Below, piece by piece: positions 8,803 through 16,565 of a DNA stretch of 24,000 nucleotides. Each line of letters begins with the position of its first letter. Positions within the stretch are counted from its first letter, which is position 1. Below the pieces are notes generated by a model. The model made no database searches. It was given only the letters and a program-made list of their open reading frames with translations, and was not told the origin of the DNA. The position numbers and the translations under genes are program-made. This DNA is from Alphaproteobacteria bacterium (lineage in GTDB: Bacteria; Pseudomonadota; Alphaproteobacteria; WRAU01; Hepatincolaceae): assembly GCA_009780035.1 (NCBI GenBank), contig WRAU01000009.1:1-24000 (forward strand), written 5' to 3'.

Positions 8803-9177
8803 ATGAGAGAAGAAATTAATACAACCAATGCGCCGCAAGCAATTGGACCATATTCGCAGGCAATAAAATCTGGCAATATGCTGTTTATTTCGGGGCAAAT
8901 TCCTCTTAACCATAACGATGCAACTATTCCAGAAGGTATTGAAGCTCAAACCAAACAGTGCTTAGAAAATTTATTGGCTATTTTACAGGAAGCAAAAATG
9001 AGTCCAGAAAATGTAGTAAAATGCGGAATTTTTATTAAAAATATGGCTGATTTTGCTAAAATAAACGAAGTTTATTCAACCTATTTTAATAAGCCATATC
9101 CTGCCCGATTCGTAGTTGAAGTAGCTAGACTGCCAAAAGATGTTTTAATAGAAATTGATGCTATTGCTGTGGTATAG
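8803..9177 (+). CDS. ridA: RidA/YjgF/TdcF family reactive enamine-imine deaminase
   Basis: A 124-aa protein with APQAIGPYSQAI, FISGQIP and ARFVVEVARLP...EIDAIA. RBS AAGGAG is present. Confidence 0.9.
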   Translation: MREEINTTNAPQAIGPYSQAIKSGNMLFISGQIPLNHNDATIPEGIEAQTKQCLENLLAILQEAKMSPENVVKCGIFIKNMADFAKINEVYSTYFNKPYPARFVVEVARLPKDVLIEIDAIAVV

Positions 9178-9216
9178 CGATTATTTATATATTATAAAAT
9201 AATTCTTAATAAACTC

Positions 9217-9245
9217 TTGACAGAAAAAAAAAGTAAGAGTATATT
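9217..9245 (+). promoter_or_regulatory. Sigma-70 promoter for tRNA-Asn
   Basis: TTGACA (9217-9222), a 17-nt spacer, then TATATT (9240-9245). Confidence 0.55.
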
Positions 9246-9266
9246 CATAATTGTGGTTTTAATTGT

Positions 9267-9342
9267 TCCGGCATAGCTCAGTTGGTAGAGTAGATGACTG
9301 TTAATCATTTGGTCGTAGGTTCGAGTCCTACTGCCGGAGCCA
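9267..9342 (+). tRNA. tRNA-Asn (anticodon GTT), CCA encoded
   Basis: Acceptor stem is TCCGGCA/TGCCGGA, anticodon loop CTGTTAA, T-arm GTAGG-TTCGAGT-CCTAC. Confidence 0.95.
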
Positions 9343-9351
9343 TTTTTCAAG

Positions 9352-9373
9352 CGCACCTGCAGGTGCGTTTTTT
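9352..9373 (+). terminator. Rho-independent terminator after tRNA-Asn
   Basis: Palindrome CGCACCTG/CAGGTGCG (9352-9367) is followed by TTTTTT (9368-9373). Confidence 0.8.
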
Positions 9374-9491
9374 GTAAGCAAAACTCTGCTTAATCAGCCC
9401 TATCTTAATTTTTTTTATAATCTTTCGTAGCTTTATTGCTGTTTATTTATATTATTCAAAATCAAGATGCACATATACTTGTTTTATAGAC

Positions 9492-9520
9492 TTGCAATCT
9501 ATTTAAAGTTGTCGTATAAT
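9492..9520 (+). promoter_or_regulatory. Near-consensus sigma-70 promoter for the 100-aa ORF
   Basis: TTGCAA (9492-9497), a 17-nt spacer, then TATAAT (9515-9520). Confidence 0.5.
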
Positions 9521-9544
9521 TAAATGTAAGAAACAAGACTATGG

Positions 9545-9847
9545 ATGGCAATAAAAATGAATAACAAATCTAAAAAATATCTAAAGAAAAAAACAGATTC
9601 CCTGTTGCGCGGACGATCTCGGAATAAAAAGCTGAATTTACATATAGTCCATAACCTTAAGAACCAATTGGGGGTTGCCAGTTTAAAAGATATTTATATA
9701 TCGAATCTTCTAAATCTTAAAATTAAAGATATAGATGAAATAGAGGTTGGCGTAAGAGAGCTGTCGCTTAAAGACTTAAATATAATCTGTAATCGCTTTA
9801 GCCTGCATCCCGATACTCTTTTAAATTTTGACGACTTAGATAAATAA
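9545..9847 (+). CDS. Small basic hypothetical protein, possibly a degenerate XRE-type HTH
   Basis: The N-terminus is lysine/arginine-rich. The C-terminal IDEIEVGVRELSLKDLNIICNRFSLHPDTLL resembles the helix 3-5 pattern of XRE HTH domains (ISxxExG...SLxxLxxIAxxLxVxxxxLL). No convincing SD is present. Confidence 0.45.
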   Translation: MAIKMNNKSKKYLKKKTDSLLRGRSRNKKLNLHIVHNLKNQLGVASLKDIYISNLLNLKIKDIDEIEVGVRELSLKDLNIICNRFSLHPDTLLNFDDLDK

Positions 9848-9865
9848 ACCAAAGAGTATTACTAA

Positions 9866-9906
9866 CTTTCGTCATGCCTATGCTAGAGCAGGCATAACGG
9901 CTTAGT
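9866..9906 (+). repeat. Hairpin repeat family B
   Basis: CTTTCGTCATGCCTATGCTAGAGCAGGCATAACGG. The stem CGTCATGCCT / AGGCATAACG has one mismatch. It lies 19 nt after the stop of the 100-aa ORF. Confidence 0.6.
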
Positions 9907-10083
9907 TTTCTTTATATATAATTACCATAATAAATAAATTTCTTATCTTAGAATTTTTATTTACAATGTATGGTATACATTAATCAAAGAGGTTTAAATC
10001 AGGCACATGAAAATTATTCTTTAAAGCTATAAATATCTAGGCGGTTTTTTGCCAGCATTAAATAATTTAAAGAAGGACATTTC

Positions 10084-11475
10084 ATGAAGCATAATCCAAT
10101 TATTATCAATAATCTCGACTTAATATTACCGCATAAAATCTGCTTTCAAAATTTTTCTGCGATTATATCCTATGGTGATAGAATAGCAATTATCGGACGC
10201 AATGGCAGCGGCAAGTCGGCTTTGTTAAATTATATACATTCATCAAACCTTATAAAGCTCCCGAATAATGCCGTTTTAGGATATGTGCCGCAAATAATTG
10301 ATGGTTTTAATAATTTAAGCGGCGGTGAGCGGTTTAATAAATATTTAACGCAGTGTATGCAGAAGAATCCTAATGTGCTGCTGCTAGATGAACCAAGCAA
10401 TCACCTAGATAGGCACAATTTTCAAAGTTTAACCAAAATGCTGAATAATTATCAGGGCACACTGATTATAGCCTCGCATAATAAAGATTTATTAAATGCC
10501 TGCAATATTTTATGGCACATTGACGGCGGAAAAATTACCATTTTTCACGGTAATTATAGTAATTATGTCAATAAATTGCAGCAGAATAGAGATTCTTTAT
10601 CGCAAAATCTTAAAAATCTACGGAAGCAGAAAAGGGAAGTTCATGAAAGCCTTATGAAAGAACAGATAAGAACTGCTAAGTCTAAAGCAAAAGGACAAAA
10701 GAATATTGCTGATAAAAAATGGACGAAAATGGCTGGAGGTTTAAAAACCTCTGAATCTCAAAATTCACAGGGAAAAAAATTTAAAAATATAGAGGCAGAT
10801 ATGCAGAATATTGCAGATGATTTACGCAATATTCGTCTGCCAGAGGTAATTCTGCCGAAGTTTACAATGGCGGAAAATAATACGGCGAATACTGCTGTTT
10901 TGCAAATTAATAATGGTAAAATTTATTACAAAAATGGTTTTTCAATACACAACATTAATTTAACTCTGCAAGGCAGGGCTAAATTAGCTATTACCGGCAG
11001 AAATGGCAGTGGAAAATCTAGTTTGCTGAGGGCTATTATTAATAAAGATACTAATATAATTAGAGAAGGTAATTGGTTCACGCCTGCTGTGGCAGATATT
11101 GGTTATTTATCGCAGCATTATGATAATTTAAACCTATACGATAGTGTAATTGCCAATATAGAATGCCTTGTTCCGCAATGGACTATGCTGGAATTGCGTG
11201 ATTATTTAAATAGCTTTCTTTTTTCTAAAAACGAAGAGGTTAATGCACGGGCTATAACCCTTTCGGGAGGAGAAAAGGCTAGGCTTTCACTTGCAAAAAT
11301 TATTTTAAATCCTCCAAAACTTTTATTGCTGGATGAAATTACGAATAATTTAGATTTAGAAACTATAGAATATGTGGCTGGAGTTTTAAGGAATTATCAA
11401 GGGGCAATGATTATAGTTTCCCATGATGATAATTTTCTAGCGGAGATTGGTATAGTAGATTTTTATAAGATTTAA
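10084..11475 (+). CDS. ABC-F family ATPase (two NBDs, no TMD), short Msr/ARE-like architecture
   Basis: Walker A GRNGSGKS occurs twice, the LSGGE signature twice, and Walker B as LLLDEP and LLLDEI. A charged linker joins the two NBDs (KQKREVHESLMKEQIRTAKSKAKGQKNIADKKW...). NBD1 is very compact, with about 35 aa between Walker A and the signature and no arm insertion. There is no C-terminal extension. RBS GAAGGA is present. Confidence 0.85.
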   Translation: MKHNPIIINNLDLILPHKICFQNFSAIISYGDRIAIIGRNGSGKSALLNYIHSSNLIKLPNNAVLGYVPQIIDGFNNLSGGERFNKYLTQCMQKNPNVLLLDEPSNHLDRHNFQSLTKMLNNYQGTLIIASHNKDLLNACNILWHIDGGKITIFHGNYSNYVNKLQQNRDSLSQNLKNLRKQKREVHESLMKEQIRTAKSKAKGQKNIADKKWTKMAGGLKTSESQNSQGKKFKNIEADMQNIADDLRNIRLPEVILPKFTMAENNTANTAVLQINNGKIYYKNGFSIHNINLTLQGRAKLAITGRNGSGKSSLLRAIINKDTNIIREGNWFTPAVADIGYLSQHYDNLNLYDSVIANIECLVPQWTMLELRDYLNSFLFSKNEEVNARAITLSGGEKARLSLAKIILNPPKLLLLDEITNNLDLETIEYVAGVLRNYQGAMIIVSHDDNFLAEIGIVDFYKI

Positions 11476-11606
11476 TTATCCTCTATGCTTTTTATATGAT
11501 AATTGCATTCTTAAACATAATTCATCACAATAAAAAATTTTTGTTGTGCTTAGATGGTTAGTTGTGAGGCTCAGTGTTGATTTGGTGCGTATTTTCTGTT
11601 TTGTTA

Positions 11607-11636
11607 TTGACATATATATAGGTGTTGTGTTAGAAT
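11607..11636 (+). promoter_or_regulatory. Sigma-70 promoter for glpF
   Basis: TTGACA (11607-11612), an 18-nt spacer, then TGT-TAGAAT (TAGAAT at 11631-11636). Confidence 0.6.
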
Positions 11637-11680
11637 GCTTTTCATAAACTAAACTCAGTCATTTTAATAAGGAGATATTT

Positions 11681-12433
11681 ATGCAAAGTAGTTTAAGAAT
11701 CTTTATGGCCGAAGTTATCGGCACAGCTATCCTGCTAGCTTTCGGGGCAGGCTGCGTAGCAATGACGGTAATATTTGCTCCCAGTGATTTAGTTGCCGGC
11801 GGAGTAGTTAAAGGCGGTTATATTAATATTGTTTTTGGCTGGGGATTAGCTGTGGCTTTTGGGGTTATTGTTTCAGTTAGAATCAGTGGTGCTCATTTGA
11901 ATCCGGCAGTAACCTTAGGTTTAGCAGCCAGCGGCAGAATGTCTTGGAAAGATGTGCCTAATTATATTATAGCACAAATGATTGGAGCTTTCATAGGAGC
12001 AGCAGTTGTTTTTATGGTGTTTTACGCTAAATGGATTGAATTTGATCCTAACCTTGAAAGCACAGCTGGCGTGGTAACTACATTCCCAGCAGTAGCCGGA
12101 ACTTTTTGGCCTGGTATGATAGACCAAGTAGTAGGAACTTTCTTGTTGATGTATTTAATTCTTGCTGTGGGTAATTTTATTAAAAATCCAACCGAAAATA
12201 TGGCTTTCCCATTTGTAATCGGAGCGATCGTGCTAATAATCGGCATATCTTTCGGCGGCATGCACGGGTATGCAATTAACCCAGCCCGTGATTTAGGTCC
12301 AAGAGTATTTGTATGGCTGATGGGTTTCAAAAATACTGGATTTGCTGATGGCGTATGGATAGTTCCAGTAGTGGGTCCTGTTGTTGGAGGGATACTTGGA
12401 GCTAAGGTATTTGATTGGACCATCAAAGAGTAG
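11681..12433 (+). CDS. glpF: Aquaglyceroporin / glycerol uptake facilitator (MIP family)
   Basis: Two NPA boxes (SGAHLNPAVT, YAINPARDLGPR) and six hydrophobic segments are present. RBS AAGGAG is present. Confidence 0.9.
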   Translation: MQSSLRIFMAEVIGTAILLAFGAGCVAMTVIFAPSDLVAGGVVKGGYINIVFGWGLAVAFGVIVSVRISGAHLNPAVTLGLAASGRMSWKDVPNYIIAQMIGAFIGAAVVFMVFYAKWIEFDPNLESTAGVVTTFPAVAGTFWPGMIDQVVGTFLLMYLILAVGNFIKNPTENMAFPFVIGAIVLIIGISFGGMHGYAINPARDLGPRVFVWLMGFKNTGFADGVWIVPVVGPVVGGILGAKVFDWTIKE

Positions 12434-12435
12434 GA

Positions 12436-12533
12436 TTTAATATCTTGGATTTCTATTCATAAGTTTTACCCCTCATGTATTATTTATACACTACGGGGTA
12501 AAACTTCTAAATATAAACCTCAAGCTATTAAAC
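12436..12533. repeat. Palindromic element family A
   Basis: It starts 3 nt after the glpF stop. Termini are TTTAATATCTTGGATTTCTAT ... TATAAACCTCAAGCTATTAAAC. The inner perfect 12-bp stem is AAGTTTTACCCC (12461-12472) / GGGGTAAAACTT (12495-12506). The loop contains TCATGTATTATTTATACAC. Confidence 0.75.
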
Positions 12534-12562
12534 CCTTAAAGTTTTTAAAGGTAAATATTTAG

Positions 12563-12618
12563 TTTATCGTCATGCCTATGCCGACACGACATCCATAGGA
12601 TTATTATACAAAATGCGG
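12563..12618 (+). repeat. Hairpin repeat family B
   Basis: TTTATCGTCATGCCTATGCCGACACGACATCCATAGGATTATTATACAAAATGCGG. It includes the inverted pair CCTATG/CATAGG. Confidence 0.6.
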
Positions 12619-12648
12619 TTAATTTAAATTAAAATAAGGATTACAATT

Positions 12649-14142
12649 ATGTCAAAATATATACTTTCCATAGATTCGGGAACAACAAGTTGCCGTGCAA
12701 TACTTTTTGATAAAAATGTTAATATTAGAAGTGTTTCGCAAAGAGAGTTTACGCAGATATTCCCGCAGCCGGGCTGGGTAGAACACGATGCTAATGAAAT
12801 TTGGTCAACGCAGTTAAGCGTGATTCAAGAAGCAATTTCTAAAGTTGGAGCTATTCCTAAAGAAATTAGTGCTTTTGGGATTACTAACCAAAGAGAAACA
12901 GTGGTAGTTTGGAATAAAAATACTGGCAAGCCTGTTTATAATGCTATTGTTTGGCAGGATAGAAGAACTGCTGATTATTGTAAATCTCTTGTAGAGGCTG
13001 GTAAAACTAGTTTTATTAAAAATAAAACTGGGTTAGTAATTGATGCTTATTTTAGTGCAACAAAAATTAAGTGGATACTTGATAATGTGCCAGGAGCTAG
13101 GTCGGCAGCTGAAAAAGGTGATTTATTGTTTGGCACGATTGATACTTGGCTGATTTGGAATCTTACACGCGGACAAGTTCATGCCACCGATCCTTCTAAT
13201 GCCAGCAGAACTATGATTTATAATATTGTTGATAAAAAATGGGATGATACTCTTTTAGAACTATTCGGCATTCCAAAAAGCATGCTGCCCTCCGTCCAAC
13301 AAAGCTCCGGTGATTTCGGTGCAGTAAGCAGCGATTTATTGCCGGGTAATATTAAAATTGCTGGTGTAGCGGGCGATCAGCAGGCGGCGACTTTCGGTCA
13401 GGCTTGTTTAAAAACGGGCATGGCAAAAAATACCTATGGCACGGGCTGCTTTATGCTTTTAAATATTGGTCGTGAAAATCCTTTGGTTAAAGATGATAAA
13501 ATTTTGACTACTATTGCGTGGGGCAGAAAAGGGCATACTACTTATGCACTAGAAGGCAGCGTATTTGTTGGCGGTGCAGTAGTGCAATGGGTTAGAGACG
13601 GCTTGGGACTTATTCAAAAAAGCTCAGATATTGAAGCTCTTGCCAATAAAGAAAAAGATAATGGCGGTGTTTATTTGGTGCCGGCTTTCGTTGGGCTTGG
13701 TGCTCCGCATTGGGATTCTTACGCTAGAGGAACAATTGTTGGTTTAACGCGCGGATCAAATAAATCGCATATTGCTAGAGCCGCTTTAGAAAGTATTGCC
13801 TTCCAATCTTACGATGTGCTGCAGGCAATGACAGTTTCTTCAGGAACTAACTTAAAAGAATTAAGAGTTGACGGCGGTGCGAGTCTTAATGATACTCTAA
13901 TGCAATTTCAAGCTGATATTCTTAATAAAAAAGTTGTTCGCCCAACAGTAGTAGAAACTACGGCGCTGGGTGTAGCTTATTTAGCAGGCTTGTTTGTTGA
14001 GTTTTGGGCATCAGCTGAAGAAATTGAAGCCTTATGGAAAGTTGATAAAACCTTTGAACCGCATATGTCAAACGACCAAAGAGATGATTTAATAGCTAAT
14101 TGGAATAAGGCTATATCCAAATCTAAAAACTGGGTGGAGTAA
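12649..14142 (+). CDS. glpK: Glycerol kinase
   Basis: FGGY kinase motifs are present: ILSIDSGTTSCRAILFD, ITNQRETVVVWNK, WQDRRT, YGTGCFML, LRVDGGAS. Length is 497 aa. Confidence 0.95.
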   Translation: MSKYILSIDSGTTSCRAILFDKNVNIRSVSQREFTQIFPQPGWVEHDANEIWSTQLSVIQEAISKVGAIPKEISAFGITNQRETVVVWNKNTGKPVYNAIVWQDRRTADYCKSLVEAGKTSFIKNKTGLVIDAYFSATKIKWILDNVPGARSAAEKGDLLFGTIDTWLIWNLTRGQVHATDPSNASRTMIYNIVDKKWDDTLLELFGIPKSMLPSVQQSSGDFGAVSSDLLPGNIKIAGVAGDQQAATFGQACLKTGMAKNTYGTGCFMLLNIGRENPLVKDDKILTTIAWGRKGHTTYALEGSVFVGGAVVQWVRDGLGLIQKSSDIEALANKEKDNGGVYLVPAFVGLGAPHWDSYARGTIVGLTRGSNKSHIARAALESIAFQSYDVLQAMTVSSGTNLKELRVDGGASLNDTLMQFQADILNKKVVRPTVVETTALGVAYLAGLFVEFWASAEEIEALWKVDKTFEPHMSNDQRDDLIANWNKAISKSKNWVE

Positions 14143-14243
14143 AGTTAGAATACTTTTGATTTATAAGCAAGATTTTTTCAGCTCATGTATTACGCATACA
14201 CTTCACTAAAAAAATCTTGCTTATAAACCTAAAACTATCCAGA
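14143..14243. repeat. Palindromic element family A (diverged termini)
   Basis: It starts right after the glpK stop. A perfect 18-bp stem TTATAAGCAAGATTTTTT (14161-14178) / AAAAAATCTTGCTTATAA (14209-14226) is present. The loop contains TCATGTATTACGCATACAC. The right end reads TATAAACCTAAAACTAT. Confidence 0.7.
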
Positions 14244-14253
14244 CTTTAAAGTT

Positions 14254-14305
14254 TAAGTCATGCCGTCTCAAGCTGGCATCCATTTGCAGGGTGTTGCGCA
14301 AAATG
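14254..14305 (+). repeat. Hairpin repeat family B (diverged)
   Basis: TAAGTCATGCCGTCTCAAGCTGGCATCCATTTGCAGG..GCGCAAAATG, with stem ATGCC/GGCAT. Confidence 0.45.
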
Positions 14306-14361
14306 TTTGTTAATTGAGTAAGAGAAGGACATTTTAAGCATAAGTCAAAGTGAGATTATGC

Positions 14362-14390
14362 TTGAAATTCTTTGTTTATATTGTTATAAT
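14362..14390 (+). promoter_or_regulatory. Sigma-70 promoter for glpD
   Basis: TTGAAA (14362-14367), a 17-nt spacer, then TGT-TATAAT (TATAAT at 14385-14390). Confidence 0.65.
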
Positions 14391-14477
14391 AAGTTTGTAA
14401 AGATTTTTTTGTTATTAATAAATAACATTAAGCGGGAAATTAACATTCCGTTTTATTTAAATTTAAGAGAGTAAATT

Positions 14478-16040
14478 ATGAGACAGCTTAGAGAAAAAAA
14501 AATAGATTCCTTAGACGGAGCTACTTTTGATGTTTTAGTAATCGGCGGCGGAGCTACAGGATTAGGAACTGCGGTAAATGCAGCTGTAAGGGGTTTTTCT
14601 ACATTAGTTTTAGAGCAAAACGATTATGCTAAAGGAACCTCATCAAGATCCACTAAAATTCTTCATGGCGGAGTTAGGTATTTAGCGCAGGGCAATGTAA
14701 AATTAGTGCATGAAGCCTTGAAAGAAAAATTAATAAATTATGAAAATGCTCCGCATTTGGCGCGTTCTATGGATTTTGTAATTCCTTGTGAAAATTTATT
14801 TAAACAAATGTTTTATGCAGCGGGAATGATTGCTTATGATGCTTTGGCTGGATTTCCTAAAAAGTATCTATCTAAAGTTGTTAATCGTAAAATTCTTAAT
14901 GCTTTAATGCCGGAAATTGATGAAAGACATAAAGATAAAGGTGTTATTTATAACGACGGGCAGTTCGATGATGCTAGAATGGCTTTTGCGCTGGTAAGAA
15001 CTCTTGAAGATAATAAGGGTGTGGCAGCTAACTATATTAAAGTTATAGAATTTCTTAAAGACGGTGAAAAAATTGTTGGTGTTAAAGCCTTAGATAAACA
15101 CAGTGATAAAATAATTACCATCAAAGCTAAATGTATTTTTAATGCTACAGGAATTTACTCTGACGAGGTTATTGCTTTAGATAAGGGCGCTCATGAGGGC
15201 ACGGTTACTTTGGCGCAAGGCATTCATATTGTTGTGAAGTCTGATGTATATAGCAGCAAAAGTGCTATGCTGATTCCAAAAACTACTGATGGTCGGGTTT
15301 TATTTTTTATTCCTTGGTATGATAAAGTTATTATTGGAACTACCGATACAAAAGTAGATACAGTCTTAGATGATCCGATTCCATTGCGTGAAGAAATTGA
15401 TTTAGTAATTAAAAATGCTAATAATTATTTAAGCAGACCGATACAAAAAGAAGATATTACCAGCGTTTTTGCGGGAATTCGTCCGCTTATGAAAGCTACA
15501 TCTTCTACTAAAAAAATCAGCAGGGAAGAAAGTATTAATATTGCTGATTCAGGATTAATTTCTGTGGTTGGCGGCAAATGGACTACCTATAGGCACATGG
15601 GTGAAAGATTAGTTAATTTTGCCATAGCAAAGGGAAAACTTCCGCAGGCGGAATCAAAAACCAAGCACTTAAAGCTGCATGGCTATCTGCCGGAAGATAA
15701 AGCCCATAGTATTCCGCTTTCTTTAAGATTTTATGGTGAAGATTTAGCCAAAATTAAAGATATGCAAGGATTTAATCATAATTTCCATAGCGATATTCCA
15801 ATTAATGAAGCACAGGTTAGATATGCTGTAGAGTTTGAGCAGGCTCTTACTTTAGACGATATTTTATCTCGCAGAACGAGATGTTTGTTTATTAATGCAG
15901 CTGCCTGCATTGAAGTTGCAGATTCTGTAGCTAAAATTATGCAGGAAGTTCTAGGAAAAGATGATGCTTGGCGTGAAAAAGAAGTGGCTAGTTTTAAGAA
16001 TATCGCTAAAAAATACTTAATTTCCAGCTATCTTGCATAA
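14478..16040 (+). CDS. glpD: FAD-dependent (aerobic) glycerol-3-phosphate dehydrogenase
   Basis: The N-terminal FAD fold is FDVLVIGGGATGLGTAVNAAVRG...GTSSRSTKILHGGVRYL. Length is 520 aa. It sits in glpF/glpK context. Confidence 0.9.
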   Translation: MRQLREKKIDSLDGATFDVLVIGGGATGLGTAVNAAVRGFSTLVLEQNDYAKGTSSRSTKILHGGVRYLAQGNVKLVHEALKEKLINYENAPHLARSMDFVIPCENLFKQMFYAAGMIAYDALAGFPKKYLSKVVNRKILNALMPEIDERHKDKGVIYNDGQFDDARMAFALVRTLEDNKGVAANYIKVIEFLKDGEKIVGVKALDKHSDKIITIKAKCIFNATGIYSDEVIALDKGAHEGTVTLAQGIHIVVKSDVYSSKSAMLIPKTTDGRVLFFIPWYDKVIIGTTDTKVDTVLDDPIPLREEIDLVIKNANNYLSRPIQKEDITSVFAGIRPLMKATSSTKKISREESINIADSGLISVVGGKWTTYRHMGERLVNFAIAKGKLPQAESKTKHLKLHGYLPEDKAHSIPLSLRFYGEDLAKIKDMQGFNHNFHSDIPINEAQVRYAVEFEQALTLDDILSRRTRCLFINAAACIEVADSVAKIMQEVLGKDDAWREKEVASFKNIAKKYLISSYLA

Positions 16041-16099
16041 AAGAATAAAGGTGCATTAATTTAAAGGCATTTATATATAAAAAAATAAAGGAGGAATAA

Positions 16100-16552
16100 A
16101 TGAAGCAATTACCGAATTTTACTTTGCAAGGGATTGATTCTCAAGGAGTTGAAAAAACTTATACTAACAAAGATTTTTTAGGTAAAAAATTAGTTATTTA
16201 TTTTTACCCTAAAGATAATACTCCCGGCTGCACTAAAGAGGCTTGCAGTTTTAATGCAATTTTACCGCAGATTTTGGGGCTGGCGAATATTGTGGGAGTT
16301 AGCGGAGATAGCATTAGTTCTCATAAAAAATTTCGGGAAAATTACTCTTTAGCTTTTCCATTATTGGCAGATGCTAATTTAAATTTAGCTGCTGGTTTAG
16401 GGGCGTTAAAGGATTCTAGCGAAGGGGAAGCCAAAAAAATTTCCCGCTCTACTTTTATTATTGATGAAAAAGGTAATGTTATTAAAGACTGGAAGTCTGT
16501 AAAGGTAGATGGGCATGATATGGATGTATTAAGCGAGCTGAAAAGATTTTAA
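16100..16552 (+). CDS. bcp: Thiol peroxidase / peroxiredoxin Bcp
   Basis: YFYPKDNTPGCTKEAC carries the peroxidatic Cys motif. Length is 150 aa. RBS AAAGGAGG is present. Confidence 0.85.
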   Translation: MKQLPNFTLQGIDSQGVEKTYTNKDFLGKKLVIYFYPKDNTPGCTKEACSFNAILPQILGLANIVGVSGDSISSHKKFRENYSLAFPLLADANLNLAAGLGALKDSSEGEAKKISRSTFIIDEKGNVIKDWKSVKVDGHDMDVLSELKRF

Positions 16553-16565
16553 GTAAACCAAACAA

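Noticed and set aside
5860-9266. att-type direct repeats of tRNA 3' ends flanking the malXY-ridA block
   Set aside because: I looked for partial copies of the tRNA-Cys or tRNA-Asn 3' halves at the opposite boundary and found none. There is no integrase either. The islet idea therefore rests only on context and similarity.
11530-11560. Hairpin CACAATAAAAA/TTTTTGTTGTG after the ABC-F gene as a terminator
   Set aside because: It is a near-palindrome with almost no loop, an A/T-only core and no downstream U-tract. It is not a convincing intrinsic terminator.
11921-12426. Minus-strand ORFs 11921-12127 and 12022-12426
   Set aside because: They lie antisense to glpF, which has both NPA boxes. They are typical shadows of a Gly/Ala-rich membrane gene.
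12436-14243. Family A elements as integron attC sites (imperfect palindromes immediately after stop codons)
   Set aside because: There is no RYYYAAC/GTTRRRY core pair at the ends and no integrase or attI. The flanking genes (glpF, glpK, nlpD, rpoH) are core genes, not cassettes.
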